DNA of 48,159 nt from IMG/VR virus record IMGVR_UViG_3300032106_000033. The stretch is one strand, 5' to 3'. This stretch comes from a virus. The notes under the pieces were generated by a model, which ran no database searches, was not told the DNA's origin, and worked only from the letters and a program-made list of their open reading frames with translations. The position numbers and the translations under genes were made by a program. Shown piece by piece: positions 32,014-41,405 of the stretch (its first letter is position 1; each line of letters starts with the position of its first letter).

Positions 32014-32224
32014 CATCTTTAAGGTCCAAGTTGGAGGAAATCATTATGCTCACCTAGAAATCCAGCCTACCTTCTTCTGTTACAAGAACAAGTTGGACGT
32101 ACTCGAGAGCAACATCATTAAGTACGTGTGCAGGCACAAGAGGGCCGAAGGAATAGAGGACATCAAGAAGCTGATCCACTATGCCCAAATGATATTGGAG
32201 TTGGAATATGGTGTTAAGAGCTAA
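32006..32224 (+). CDS. DUF3310-like protein
   Basis: MNDIFKVQVGGNHYAHLEIQPTFF...NIIKYVCRHKRAEGIEDIKKLIHYAQMILE. Overlaps the RNR stop by 8 nt. Confidence 0.6.
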   Translation: MNDIFKVQVGGNHYAHLEIQPTFFCYKNKLDVLESNIIKYVCRHKRAEGIEDIKKLIHYAQMILELEYGVKS

Positions 32225-32378
32225 GCATATACCTCTGATAGCTTCTGAAGATTTAGAGAGGAGCTTAGAAGGTACCCAATGGGAAACTGATCACATGTCA
32301 GAAGACCAGCTGAGGATCAGAAAGGCATACAGAGTAAAGTTAAAAGGAGTGGGCTATGGATTTAAAGAAAAAGATTGA
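32208..32378 (+). CDS. 56-aa small protein
   Basis: MVLRAKHIPLIASEDLERSLEGTQWETDHMSEDQLRIRKAYRVKLKGVGYGFKEKD. Overlaps both neighbours. Confidence 0.35.
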   Translation: MVLRAKHIPLIASEDLERSLEGTQWETDHMSEDQLRIRKAYRVKLKGVGYGFKEKD

Positions 32379-32472
32379 CACGCTGATCATGGAACTCGAG
32401 TATGCGGTAGACCATCCGCATGACGTACCTTACATGATCATGCGAGGTGCCAATGCGTACCGTGATCTTTGA
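32356..32472 (+). CDS. 38-aa small protein
   Basis: SD aaaaggag. MDLKKKIDTLIMELEYAVDHPHDVPYMIMRGANAYRDL. Confidence 0.4.
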   Translation: MDLKKKIDTLIMELEYAVDHPHDVPYMIMRGANAYRDL

Positions 32473-32914
32473 GGACCTGACTAGGTGGGAGAACAGGTGG
32501 ATAGCCTGTGCTGCCGAGAACGCCTACTTCAGTAAGGACCCAGGCACCAAGGTTGGGACCGTAATCATTGGCCCATGTGGTAAGCGTAGGGTATCAGAGG
32601 GATACAACGGGCTGCCGCAGAAGATCAAGGACAGTGTGGGCAGGCTGGCTGACCAAGGCTACAAGTACCCTGCCACCATACATGCTGAGATGAACGCTAT
32701 CCTCTTCGCAAGGCGTGACCTACGGTTCCATAATCTGTTCACCACCCAACCTCCATGTGACAGGTGTGCTGCTCACATCGTACAGGTAGGGATCACCCAG
32801 GTAACATGGATGGCACCCACTGATGACTATTGGAGCAGGTGGGAGGAACAGTCTCTCTTCGGGAGAGAACTGATGGAAGAGGCTGACATCAAATTAACGG
32901 AGGTACAGTTATGA
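32453..32914 (+). CDS. dCMP (deoxycytidylate) deaminase
   Basis: Zinc-binding motifs HAEMNAI and PCDRCAAHI. The alternative start GTG 32447 is given by the ORF track. Confidence 0.85.
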   Translation: MRTVIFEDLTRWENRWIACAAENAYFSKDPGTKVGTVIIGPCGKRRVSEGYNGLPQKIKDSVGRLADQGYKYPATIHAEMNAILFARRDLRFHNLFTTQPPCDRCAAHIVQVGITQVTWMAPTDDYWSRWEEQSLFGRELMEEADIKLTEVQL

Positions 32915-33093
32915 GCTTAGTGTTTCCAGAGGCACAGAAGATCACCACTGATGCATACAGAGAGGGATGGGACCGTATCTTCGGGAAGACTACAGTTGCT
33001 GCTGCCCGCGGTGACATCACCATACAGGAGTGGAAAGAGATCAACAACACGCAGGGTGGTCGAGGAGGAAGCGGGCAGCCCTCAAGCCGCTAG
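32911..33093 (+). CDS. Small hypothetical protein, last gene of the + arm
   Basis: 60 aa with an ATGA overlap. Contains AYREGWDRIFGK. Confidence 0.55.
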   Translation: MSLVFPEAQKITTDAYREGWDRIFGKTTVAAARGDITIQEWKEINNTQGGRGGSGQPSSR

Positions 33094-33230
33094 TCCCGAA
33101 CCCGGCGCCTGACTGCTCCGATCTGAAGGAGCAGCTGAGGGTGGCGCCCGTCTCCATCAAAGTCAGGATTTTAAACGTCTCTGACGAGAGAATATGGTGG
33201 CAGAGAACACCTATCTCTGTGATCTGACGC

Positions 33231-33274
33231 AATAAGCCCTGTAGCATGGTTTTAAGCACGCTACAGGGCTTATT
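33231..33274. terminator. Bidirectional terminator hairpin at the convergence of the two arms
   Basis: Perfect 15-bp stem, aataagccctgtagc (33231-33245) with gctacagggcttatt (33260-33274), and a 14-nt loop. A/T-rich flanks on both sides. Confidence 0.7.
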
Positions 33275-33322
33275 GTATGTCCGGGCTAGGTAGGTAGCAC
33301 CCACCCCCTTAATTGCTTACAC

Positions 33323-33346
33323 AGCCCTCTTAAACGAGGGCTTTTT
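33323..33346 (+). terminator. Second rho-independent terminator (plus strand)
   Basis: agccctc-ttaaac-gagggct followed by tttt. Overlaps the stop of the minus-strand gene at 33345. Confidence 0.55.
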
Positions 33347-33719
33347 AGTCATCCCAGCTGAAACTTCCGCCAGCACGGACACCCCAGTAAATTGCGTATC
33401 TTCTGGTGTATCTAACACCACTATACTTCATTCCAGCTAACAGCATGTCATCTGCTTGGAGACGTGTCAGTCCCCAATGACCCTTGGTACGATAGATCAG
33501 GTCGTGGAAGATAGCAGCTTGGATATGCCTGCCCACCTGGGGGATCAAACCTCGGAGAGCCTGCGGGATGGAGGCCAGGTCCGTTTTGAACCCGATCTCT
33601 ACCTTAAACGGCATGTCGGACCAGAATGCAGACAGTGGCTCTTCCACTAACCAGCACCCCTCGTCCACTAGCCAGCGAAGGAGGGGGTTTTTCTTTGAGT
33701 AGACCATGCCTCTGGCCAT
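33345..33719 (-). CDS. DUF1353-like protein
   Basis: 124 aa. FKTDLASIPQALRGLIP..G....AAIFHDLIY. Last gene of the minus arm. Confidence 0.6.
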   Translation of the reverse strand: MARGMVYSKKNPLLRWLVDEGCWLVEEPLSAFWSDMPFKVEIGFKTDLASIPQALRGLIPQVGRHIQAAIFHDLIYRTKGHWGLTRLQADDMLLAGMKYSGVRYTRRYAIYWGVRAGGSFSWDD

Positions 33720-34069
33720 TACTTAACCACCTCCACCGGAGCCACCACTATCACAGGGATAGGCTTCCCATCCTCAGAGGGGAGCATGGGGCGTGGTTGT
33801 AAGATGGCAGCGATACGCCTAAGGTAGCTCTCCACGCTGGGGCAGCTACGAAGGTAAGAGACGAACCAAGCGTCTCCCCTCTTGTCAGCCATCTTAAGGA
33901 CCAACTCGATGGAACGCTTACATCTGAGCTCTTCAGCCTTCTCGGCCAGCATGTAACGGCCTTGCTTGACCGCAGTAACAGCACTACCCATGGACTGCTT
34001 AACTGCATTATATTGAGCGCAGGCTCCTAGCAGTACAACTAGGGCTAACGCAGCAAAAATACTTTTCAT
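33719..34069 (-). CDS. Lipoprotein (spanin or exclusion candidate)
   Basis: MKSIFAALALVVLLGAC with a lipobox LGAC. 116 aa. 1-nt overlap with the downstream gene. Confidence 0.65.
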   Translation of the reverse strand: MKSIFAALALVVLLGACAQYNAVKQSMGSAVTAVKQGRYMLAEKAEELRCKRSIELVLKMADKRGDAWFVSYLRSCPSVESYLRRIAAILQPRPMLPSEDGKPIPVIVVAPVEVVK

Positions 34070-34070
34070 A

Positions 34071-34262
34071 TCAAAACCTCATTAACAGTCCACCAAGGGA
34101 GATCATGTACTCGCCTACCTTGTGGACAACTTCGGGATTAAAGCCAAGCATGGGGACGACAACAGCCAACACGCCAATACTAGAGGAAGTCTTGGGGCTC
34201 CCTTCAGAGGAGAGGGCAGCTGTGCCCACCCATCTCTGAAGGATACGTAACAGGGGTCCCAT
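34071..34262 (-). CDS. Small membrane protein (holin candidate)
   Basis: 63 aa with the hydrophobic segment SIGVLAVVVPMLGF and a C-terminal hydrophobic tail. Confidence 0.45.
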   Translation of the reverse strand: MGPLLRILQRWVGTAALSSEGSPKTSSSIGVLAVVVPMLGFNPEVVHKVGEYMISLGGLLMRF

Positions 34263-34492
34263 TATCCAGGATCTCTCACCACGCCATACTCTTCCACCAT
34301 AACATCAAGCTCGCTCTCGGTGATGCAGGAGAACTCCCACCTCTTAGGCTGACCTATCTCCTTAGACAGCTGAGCAAACATCTGTACATCAGCAGTACCA
34401 CAGGTAGGCTCGTTGAAGGTCTCAGGCACTTGGCCGAAGAAACAGCCTATACCAATCCAACAAGCTACAACGGTTGCGTAAAATACTTCCAT
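34262..34492 (-). CDS. Small N-terminally anchored membrane protein
   Basis: 76 aa. N-terminal VFYATVVACWIGIGCFFG followed by an acidic C-terminal part. 1-nt overlaps on both sides. Confidence 0.5.
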   Translation of the reverse strand: MEVFYATVVACWIGIGCFFGQVPETFNEPTCGTADVQMFAQLSKEIGQPKRWEFSCITESELDVMVEEYGVVRDPG

Positions 34493-36687
34493 TATTTTGC
34501 CTCTTTGGGATCGAACTCAATGTGGATATGATCGCTCTCTAGCACCACATCATAGTCAGGGCCTAACGCATCTGTTAGATCATTTACCATCTTCTTCTGG
34601 TTCTTCCCTGCCAGCTGTCTACTACGTATATCGATGGCCTGACCGACTAAGTGCTTACTTCCCTTCTTGTGCTTCCCCTTGGTAGTCGAGGTAATGACCA
34701 GGGGTACATTCAGGGTTTCAAACAAAGGGGCAGCCAAGTCAATAACAGATAGTATCTCAGGCTGCAAGTCCTCGAGGGTTATGTTCGTCGCAGTTTGTAC
34801 GTTCGGAGTATCAGGAGCACCAGCCACCTGCTGTCCAACCCCAACCGCTTCTGAACCTGAAATTAAAGCTTGTACATCTGCTATAAAGTCCACCTCAGTA
34901 CCTCCTTGGTTTGTATCCTTGAACTGTCGGGTCTTCAACATGAAATCCACGTCCTTGTTGATACGCTCGAGCCTCTTTTGAATGGCAGGTACGTCGGCGA
35001 AGGACTTACCACCAACGAGAGGACCAGCACCAGGCCTACGAGCAGCACCCAAGGGGTTCAGGTCTACTACTTCGAACTTCTTGGTTACAGAGTTGAATTT
35101 CACATCGAAGTCCCTGCCCTGTGTACCGAAACCAGCCACATTGGACAGCTCTCTTACGTTAGTCTGTAAGTCCTGCTGTACCATGTCAAAGGAGAAGGCA
35201 CCAACCGCAGCAGCCTTCTCAGAGAAGAACTCCTCGGAGGCCTGAAGGTTGGCAAGGTAGTTAGGATGGGTCATTACCTTGGCAACGGCCTTCTTATCGT
35301 TCGCAGTCAGCTGATCCCTTGCATTGAAGAGCGGACCTTGGATCGCCAGCCATGAGTAGGCATCAGGAGCCTTCTGAACTCTGATGTTCTTCTTCTGGAA
35401 CTCGTCCTGCAAATCAATACTCTTCTGGATACGTCCGAGCTGGTCCTCAACACTATGCTTAGCCTCATCCGCTCCCAGCTCACTCAAGTCTGAAGGCTTA
35501 GGGTTCGGCGGAGGCGTGAAATCAGCGATAGGTGTCTTCCTCTCACCGAACCTGATTAACTCCTCGCTAACCTGCCTCTGTATCTTCGCTCTAATGTCAT
35601 CCTGACCCAGGGCTACGGAAGCAAATGCAGCTCCCATCTGTGTGGACATAAGACTAATAGCAGCAAGCGTGGGGAGATCCTCGATATTGAGGATGCCCAT
35701 ATTCTTGTTGGCAAAGTCCATAGTGGCGGCGATAGCCTTTAACGAACTCAGGTCCTTGGCATCTTGGATGTTCAATGCGGACCCTGACATGGAGAGCAGC
35801 AGGCTATCGACGAAAGCCAGATGATCGTCCCTCTCTGGGCCGGTAAGTCCGACAGACAACCTGACCTGCCCCAACCGGAACTTGTCAGCCAGGTCTGTAA
35901 CATCCAACATCTGCTTCTTGATCTCTCCTACGTCAGCAGGGGTAGCAACACGAAGCAAGGTGGTGAGCTTGTTCACTGGCGCCCGCAGGCCTACCAGCAA
36001 CTGTCGGAATACCAATTTGCGCAGTTCTGGACGCTTCTGGAAATACCTGAACCTAGCGGTTTCAGAGAACTCACCGGAGGGCTTCCTCACTACACCCAAG
36101 CCAGCCATAATCTGAGCCTGAGCAGTAGCAGCCTGGACCTGTGACTTGATAAGGTCGAGGGTGGCCTCTCTATCTATGTTCCCGAACTTGTCGGGTACAG
36201 CTACCCCTTGCTCAAAGGCTGTATCAATGGCTTCCTCTTCTCTAGCAGCTTGAGCTGCCTCTTCTCTGTTCTCCTCGTTAGCAATCTCCTCGAATAAAGC
36301 AGCCTTCGGAGGCAAGAACCCCTCGTCTCTAAAAGCAGCATTGATGTCTTCACTATCAATGCCCCTAACTTGCAGCTCTTTGGACAGAGCCATCAGCCTG
36401 AGGTTAAACTGCTGAGAACCGTTACCACCCTGGCCCCCTGCTTCCTTAAACTTCCTCAGTTTTGTAAGGCTGTCAGCGATACCTTCAGCAACCTCCTTCT
36501 TTAGACCCCTGGATCTACTGTCCTCTTGTATCTTGAGAGCACCAGCGAAGATGGTGGAACCAATATTTATGAAGCCAGCTAGGCCACCAACTTCTGCCTG
36601 TGGGCGTTGTAGTCTGGCTCTGCCAAAACTCTCTGCCCCTCTAGGAACAGCCACGCCAGTCAGGTCTTGGTTGAAAGCTTCAGCCAT
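34492..36687 (-). CDS. Internal virion/ejection protein with a C-terminal peptidase M15 (cell-wall endopeptidase) domain
   Basis: 731 aa. C-terminus carries KGSKHLVGQAIDIRS and VVLESDHIHIEFD (H-x-x-x-x-x-D and H-x-H zinc ligand pattern). Lies downstream of the giant internal protein. Confidence 0.7.
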   Translation of the reverse strand: MAEAFNQDLTGVAVPRGAESFGRARLQRPQAEVGGLAGFINIGSTIFAGALKIQEDSRSRGLKKEVAEGIADSLTKLRKFKEAGGQGGNGSQQFNLRLMALSKELQVRGIDSEDINAAFRDEGFLPPKAALFEEIANEENREEAAQAAREEEAIDTAFEQGVAVPDKFGNIDREATLDLIKSQVQAATAQAQIMAGLGVVRKPSGEFSETARFRYFQKRPELRKLVFRQLLVGLRAPVNKLTTLLRVATPADVGEIKKQMLDVTDLADKFRLGQVRLSVGLTGPERDDHLAFVDSLLLSMSGSALNIQDAKDLSSLKAIAATMDFANKNMGILNIEDLPTLAAISLMSTQMGAAFASVALGQDDIRAKIQRQVSEELIRFGERKTPIADFTPPPNPKPSDLSELGADEAKHSVEDQLGRIQKSIDLQDEFQKKNIRVQKAPDAYSWLAIQGPLFNARDQLTANDKKAVAKVMTHPNYLANLQASEEFFSEKAAAVGAFSFDMVQQDLQTNVRELSNVAGFGTQGRDFDVKFNSVTKKFEVVDLNPLGAARRPGAGPLVGGKSFADVPAIQKRLERINKDVDFMLKTRQFKDTNQGGTEVDFIADVQALISGSEAVGVGQQVAGAPDTPNVQTATNITLEDLQPEILSVIDLAAPLFETLNVPLVITSTTKGKHKKGSKHLVGQAIDIRSRQLAGKNQKKMVNDLTDALGPDYDVVLESDHIHIEFDPKEAK

Positions 36688-36704
36688 TATCTATTCCCTT
36701 TCTA

Positions 36705-39700
36705 TTATCGGAGATTGAGAGGATCACGTCCAAGGACCCTGTTCATCCTCATTCTAACCTCTTCCGTTAAGGCGTTAGTTCTCGCCAACTCGGCATCAAG
36801 AGCAATAGCGTAGTTTGCAGCCCCCATACCACTGATATTAGTACGAGTGTGTAGGCTCCTGATGTAGTTCATGTAGGAGAGGTTCATGCGTTCTACCCTA
36901 CTACCTTCCGGCGCTGCCATAGCCCTATTGAAGAACACGGCTGCTTGCTTGGCATCCAATCTGACCTTATCCTTATAGTCTTTGAGGAAGAGGAGGCTCT
37001 CGAAAGCTGCTGAGCTCTTCATCGGAGGGAACCCCAGCCCTATCATGGCTGCATCGAAGGTATCGATGTCCCTCTGTAGCAGATCACCCTTATTGGACAC
37101 ATACTCCAAGTTCTGATAAGCATGGATAGCTTTCTGTATTCTATTGTACGACACCAACGTCTTACCTACGTCGTTGGCTATGTCTACTAGAGTGAGGGGC
37201 ACTAGGTCTATATCAATATCAGACGAGATGAACGCCCATAGCTTAGCACTGCCGATTGTAGCATTGTAGAACCGGCTCAACATGGAACCTGAGGCACCCA
37301 ACATGTTCCAAATGTCGAGGCCCTTCTCAGTATCGAAGAACTCACTGAGCAGGGTGCCCTGACCGAAGGGCTGAAGCCTAGATATATCCGTATCCGGCAG
37401 TAGCATACCCACGATACCATCTGTCATGAACCTGAGCAGGGTTTCATCAATTTCTGTGCCATTCTCCTCGAAGTACTTCTGCTTAATGTACTCTGAAGCT
37501 GAGCCAGGTGCGCTCTGATCTCCTCTGAGGCCCAGTGTGGGACCATATGCCAAGGCGAGGCCAGTGTACCACCTCAGCTTGTCCTTACCCTTGAACCCAC
37601 CGAGGGTATCGAGGAACATTAGCTCGGCTAGACGGAAGGGCTGTGCTACAAACTGGGTAGCGAGGCCAAGAGTGCCCTCCTGCCACCAAGCCTTCTCAGC
37701 TCTGGTCATATTACCAGCTAAGGCTATGCCTCTCACCATCACCGAAGCCATATGGTCAACAGAAGTGGGCCGTATCCCGTTTAGCTTGAAGAACTCCTGC
37801 CATGCTATAGTGAAACCCAGAGTACGGACAAACTTCTCAGCTTCGTTGAAGAACAGCATGGCGCTGTCCGTACTGCGACTGAGAAGGGCTCCGCCCATAG
37901 TCAGGACATTTCCAGAGTTGGACATAGTGTCCACGTCACCTAGGTTACGGCCAATAATGCTCACACCTGAGGTTTCTAAATCTTCCATCATAGTCTTGAA
38001 GTTCTCCCCCGACATAATCTTGCTCTTATCCACGATCTTTGAGATGAAATCGGTGGTCTTGGGATTGAGGAGAGCAGCCCTTATAGCAGGGTACAAGCTT
38101 AGGCTCACAGCTCCCTCTATAGGAGCAATAGCAATCACCCCAGGAGTCATACTGGTCTGAACGATAATCTGAGAGATGTCACCGAAACCAAGGAATGCCT
38201 TAAAGGCCATGCCTCGAAGGCTTATCATGGGGTTGCCAGACATAATGTCTGCACCCCGGTCAGCCAGGTCAGAGTTGAACCTGTTGTCTATAATGTCGAT
38301 AATCTGATCTCGGTACCTCTCGACAGTCTGCTCCAACACTCCCCTATTCTTCAGGAGGCGCTTGATACCGGCCCTCTGAAGGTTCGCATTCCTCAGCGTC
38401 TCAGCTGTGATGGGAACAGGTGCATTAGCAGATAGATCGAACTGTCCATACAGGAATTTCTTAGCAGTACCCCATCCAGGGGTGGGTACCAAGTACTTCT
38501 CGTTGGTCTTGACCCACCTCTCCGTCTGCCTAATCTTGTAGTTGTTATAGGCCTGGGTACCAACGGCACTCCTAGAGGTTTTAGCCAATATCTTGTCAGG
38601 ATGGATCAGTGGAGCCAAACTACCATCAGGATGCTTGAGCCTAGGCCCTCTCTTACTGTAGAAGAGCCGTCCGTTCTGGATCAGAACCTGTACCTCGTCG
38701 GAGAAGCTGGCAAGTTCGGTATCCACAGCCATGATTTTAACCCCTTCCTCCCTAAAGGTGGGAAATTCACCACTTTTAAGGGCCTCAAAAGGAGTACGCT
38801 CCATCTGGCCAGCTTCGATGGCCTTCAACATCTCCTCATAGGAGCTAAAGATGGTATTCTTGCTGATTATATCGGTAGCAAACGCCTTGTCCATCGCACT
38901 ACCTGAGATTTCGGCCGTACGGAAGGCATTCAGGGCCTCGTTGTAGGCATCAGCGAACTTCTTCCCCTCTGATGCACCCTTCACTACGAAGTGGGTCTTG
39001 GGGTTGACCATGGTGGCCTGTCCGCCTATGATACGAACCTTCGACTGCTTGATAAACGTGTCTCCGTCGTAGATACGGTTGGGCCCATCAATCTTGTTCA
39101 GAACCTGAGCCCTCAGGGGGCGTATGTTCAGGTCCTGCCGGGACACAATGGCGTAATCACCGAATTTCTTGCTACGAGTGAGGAACTTCACAAGTACCAT
39201 ATCCTCACTCCTTCTCAGAAGCAAGTTTAGATCCTCTCTGTCTCTCACGTTTACAAGTTTCTTCTCAACACCGTCGAAGATACGTACCTGCCTGGGTTCC
39301 AGACCCGTGGTAGCCACCTCTCTAAGGACAACGGGGCTCTTGAACAGCCCAGTCACCATACCCTCCTGGTACCCTTGTCCGACCAGCTCCCCCTTGAGCC
39401 TGTTATTGTGAATGAAGAAGTTGAATGCATAGATTTCCTTGGAGGCAGCATAGGCCTTCATCTCTCTCTCGTTAGGCCTCCGCTGGTGGTGCTTCTGGTA
39501 CCACTCTACCACCTGTCCACCTGTCATCCACTTCTCATTCTGGTGTACGTCCATCATCAGCTCGTCGAACACCTTCTTGGCACTAGGGGAGAGCCCTGGT
39601 CCTGTGGGGGTAGTACGAGGATTGATGGCTTTCATGGCCTTAACCAAGGCCTGCATGAGGAGGGTCTCGGCACTCTCTGAGAGGCGGGCTCCCTTCAGGT

Positions 39701-41396
39701 CATCTAGAGTGGACGTAGTAGCCTTGCCCGCAAATGCCTTGCTTATCCCAGGCATGGTGCGGGGAATTTCACTAGGATCGATAGGAGAGATATACTGGGT
39801 AGTACCGGGGTTGCGACTTACCTTAATGAAGAACTCTCCTGTACGCTCACTGACCTCGAAGAAGCCCTTCGCAATCCCCATTCTCTCAGCACCAGCCTCA
39901 GCTGCCGCTGTGGAAGTAAAACCCTTAGTCAAGCCCTCCCCCGTTCCTAGGAACACATTCACTGTACGAATACCACTAACAGGGTCCCTGTCTACATCGA
40001 ACACAGGATATACCTTCGTACTAATGGAGCCACCCGTAAAAGTCTCGGGATCAACAAGGTCTCTGACCTCTGTCTTGACACCAAATCTCCTAAGTATAGC
40101 CTTCATGGCAGCTAAATTTGCTGCGCCTTGCTCGCCTTCCGCCAGTACCTCAGGCACTATAGTCCTACGTACCAGGGCGAGTAGGTCAACCGGGCTCAAA
40201 GCGTCTAAGTCTACGTCCACCCCTGCCTTCTTCAGCTCTTTGAAGAGAGTGGGGAGGACAGCAGTGAACTGTTCAGACATGTCCACCATCTCCATAGCTT
40301 GAGACGCTGGACCAACTGACTTCTCAGGTCCTATATGTATGGTAGCGGAAGAGGGGATAGTGTTCTCAATCAGCTCGTCCTCTTCTACGACAGTCAGGGC
40401 TCCGCCTTCCTTCTGCTTCTTACGCAGGACCAAAGCACGGGCCGCGGGGACATCCTTAGCCCCCGCAAATCTAGCTGCGGCGCTGATGCTCTTCAATCCT
40501 CTGAACAGCGCGGCTACAGTACCGCCAATGATCGATGCATCTAGAGCTTCAAGGGTATCAATGCCCAGTCTGTCCTCGTCCGTAAAGGAGAGGAGCTGCT
40601 CTAGCTGCTGCATAGCTTGTAGTACGTTCTGTCCGACAAGGGTATTCTCGTTCAGGTCCTTCTCGAACTGGTCCAATACCTTCATTCTATCGTCAAGAGA
40701 AGATGCCCAGAAATTATCGGAGAACTTCTTGATGGACGTACCAAGGCGTTCATCCAAATCACGACCAAACACCTTCGCAGCGGTGGTGGTGGCCAATCCG
40801 GGGACCAGAGCTATAGACAGGAAGTCTAGGGTAGCCTGACTAAAACTTTGCTCCTTGTATTTCTCTGCCAGCCTTACTCCAATGGTGTTCATCCTGTTCA
40901 GGGTGGTCAGGAAGTCCTGACGCCCAGTGGTCTTGCTTGCCTTCTCGAGGCCCTCAGGGCTAAACTCCTCATTTATGATTACGGCTGCACGTTCGTCATT
41001 CAATAGGCCCTGGTCTACCAGGAACTGAGCGGCCTTCCTCTCCATGATGGAGGGGCCTACTTCCTCTACCGACTGGGCCTCCGGCGTACCCCCGAGGATA
41101 GCCTCAACCTCAGAAGGATCAGCACCCGCAATAATTCTATCCAACGCCAGCTCGTCTATAACACCGAGCTTCTCCAACAGGTCCTCAGCTGCGAAAGCTT
41201 CCCTCACCTGCTTCTCTATTTCTGGACTATCGATGTTGTTTTCAATACCAGTAGGGAGAGACAGCTCCCTGAACGTAGCCTTCGTCGCCTGGCTTAAGGC
41301 GGATAGGTACGCAGTAGTCTTGTCCCCATACTGAGAACGCTCTACCGGGGATACGATCAAGTCCTGCTGGTTAGATTGAATTAAATCGTGATCCAT
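36705..41396 (-). CDS. Giant internal virion/ejection protein (T7 gp15/gp16 position)
   Basis: 1563-aa uninterrupted ORF in the tail/internal-protein block. No catalytic motif recognised. Confidence 0.6.
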   Translation of the reverse strand: MDHDLIQSNQQDLIVSPVERSQYGDKTTAYLSALSQATKATFRELSLPTGIENNIDSPEIEKQVREAFAAEDLLEKLGVIDELALDRIIAGADPSEVEAILGGTPEAQSVEEVGPSIMERKAAQFLVDQGLLNDERAAVIINEEFSPEGLEKASKTTGRQDFLTTLNRMNTIGVRLAEKYKEQSFSQATLDFLSIALVPGLATTTAAKVFGRDLDERLGTSIKKFSDNFWASSLDDRMKVLDQFEKDLNENTLVGQNVLQAMQQLEQLLSFTDEDRLGIDTLEALDASIIGGTVAALFRGLKSISAAARFAGAKDVPAARALVLRKKQKEGGALTVVEEDELIENTIPSSATIHIGPEKSVGPASQAMEMVDMSEQFTAVLPTLFKELKKAGVDVDLDALSPVDLLALVRRTIVPEVLAEGEQGAANLAAMKAILRRFGVKTEVRDLVDPETFTGGSISTKVYPVFDVDRDPVSGIRTVNVFLGTGEGLTKGFTSTAAAEAGAERMGIAKGFFEVSERTGEFFIKVSRNPGTTQYISPIDPSEIPRTMPGISKAFAGKATTSTLDDLKGARLSESAETLLMQALVKAMKAINPRTTPTGPGLSPSAKKVFDELMMDVHQNEKWMTGGQVVEWYQKHHQRRPNEREMKAYAASKEIYAFNFFIHNNRLKGELVGQGYQEGMVTGLFKSPVVLREVATTGLEPRQVRIFDGVEKKLVNVRDREDLNLLLRRSEDMVLVKFLTRSKKFGDYAIVSRQDLNIRPLRAQVLNKIDGPNRIYDGDTFIKQSKVRIIGGQATMVNPKTHFVVKGASEGKKFADAYNEALNAFRTAEISGSAMDKAFATDIISKNTIFSSYEEMLKAIEAGQMERTPFEALKSGEFPTFREEGVKIMAVDTELASFSDEVQVLIQNGRLFYSKRGPRLKHPDGSLAPLIHPDKILAKTSRSAVGTQAYNNYKIRQTERWVKTNEKYLVPTPGWGTAKKFLYGQFDLSANAPVPITAETLRNANLQRAGIKRLLKNRGVLEQTVERYRDQIIDIIDNRFNSDLADRGADIMSGNPMISLRGMAFKAFLGFGDISQIIVQTSMTPGVIAIAPIEGAVSLSLYPAIRAALLNPKTTDFISKIVDKSKIMSGENFKTMMEDLETSGVSIIGRNLGDVDTMSNSGNVLTMGGALLSRSTDSAMLFFNEAEKFVRTLGFTIAWQEFFKLNGIRPTSVDHMASVMVRGIALAGNMTRAEKAWWQEGTLGLATQFVAQPFRLAELMFLDTLGGFKGKDKLRWYTGLALAYGPTLGLRGDQSAPGSASEYIKQKYFEENGTEIDETLLRFMTDGIVGMLLPDTDISRLQPFGQGTLLSEFFDTEKGLDIWNMLGASGSMLSRFYNATIGSAKLWAFISSDIDIDLVPLTLVDIANDVGKTLVSYNRIQKAIHAYQNLEYVSNKGDLLQRDIDTFDAAMIGLGFPPMKSSAAFESLLFLKDYKDKVRLDAKQAAVFFNRAMAAPEGSRVERMNLSYMNYIRSLHTRTNISGMGAANYAIALDAELARTNALTEEVRMRMNRVLGRDPLNLR

Positions 41397-41405
41397 AGTT
41401 ACTCC

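Noticed and set aside
33030-33227. 65-aa + strand ORF after the last + arm gene
   Set aside because: It overlaps the end of the better-supported 32911-33093 ORF in another frame, has no SD and runs into the terminator region.
37537-40302. Several 200-240-aa + strand ORFs (37537-38160 and 39577-40302)
   Set aside because: They lie entirely within, and antisense to, the uninterrupted 1563-aa minus-strand ORF. Their composition is Ser/Pro/Arg-rich.
36705-41396. Virion-packaged RNA polymerase hidden in the 1563-aa protein (N4- or crAss-like)
   Set aside because: I found no T7-like motifs A, B or C and no DxDGD-type metal-binding loop. The only hit is an isolated YDGD, which is insufficient.
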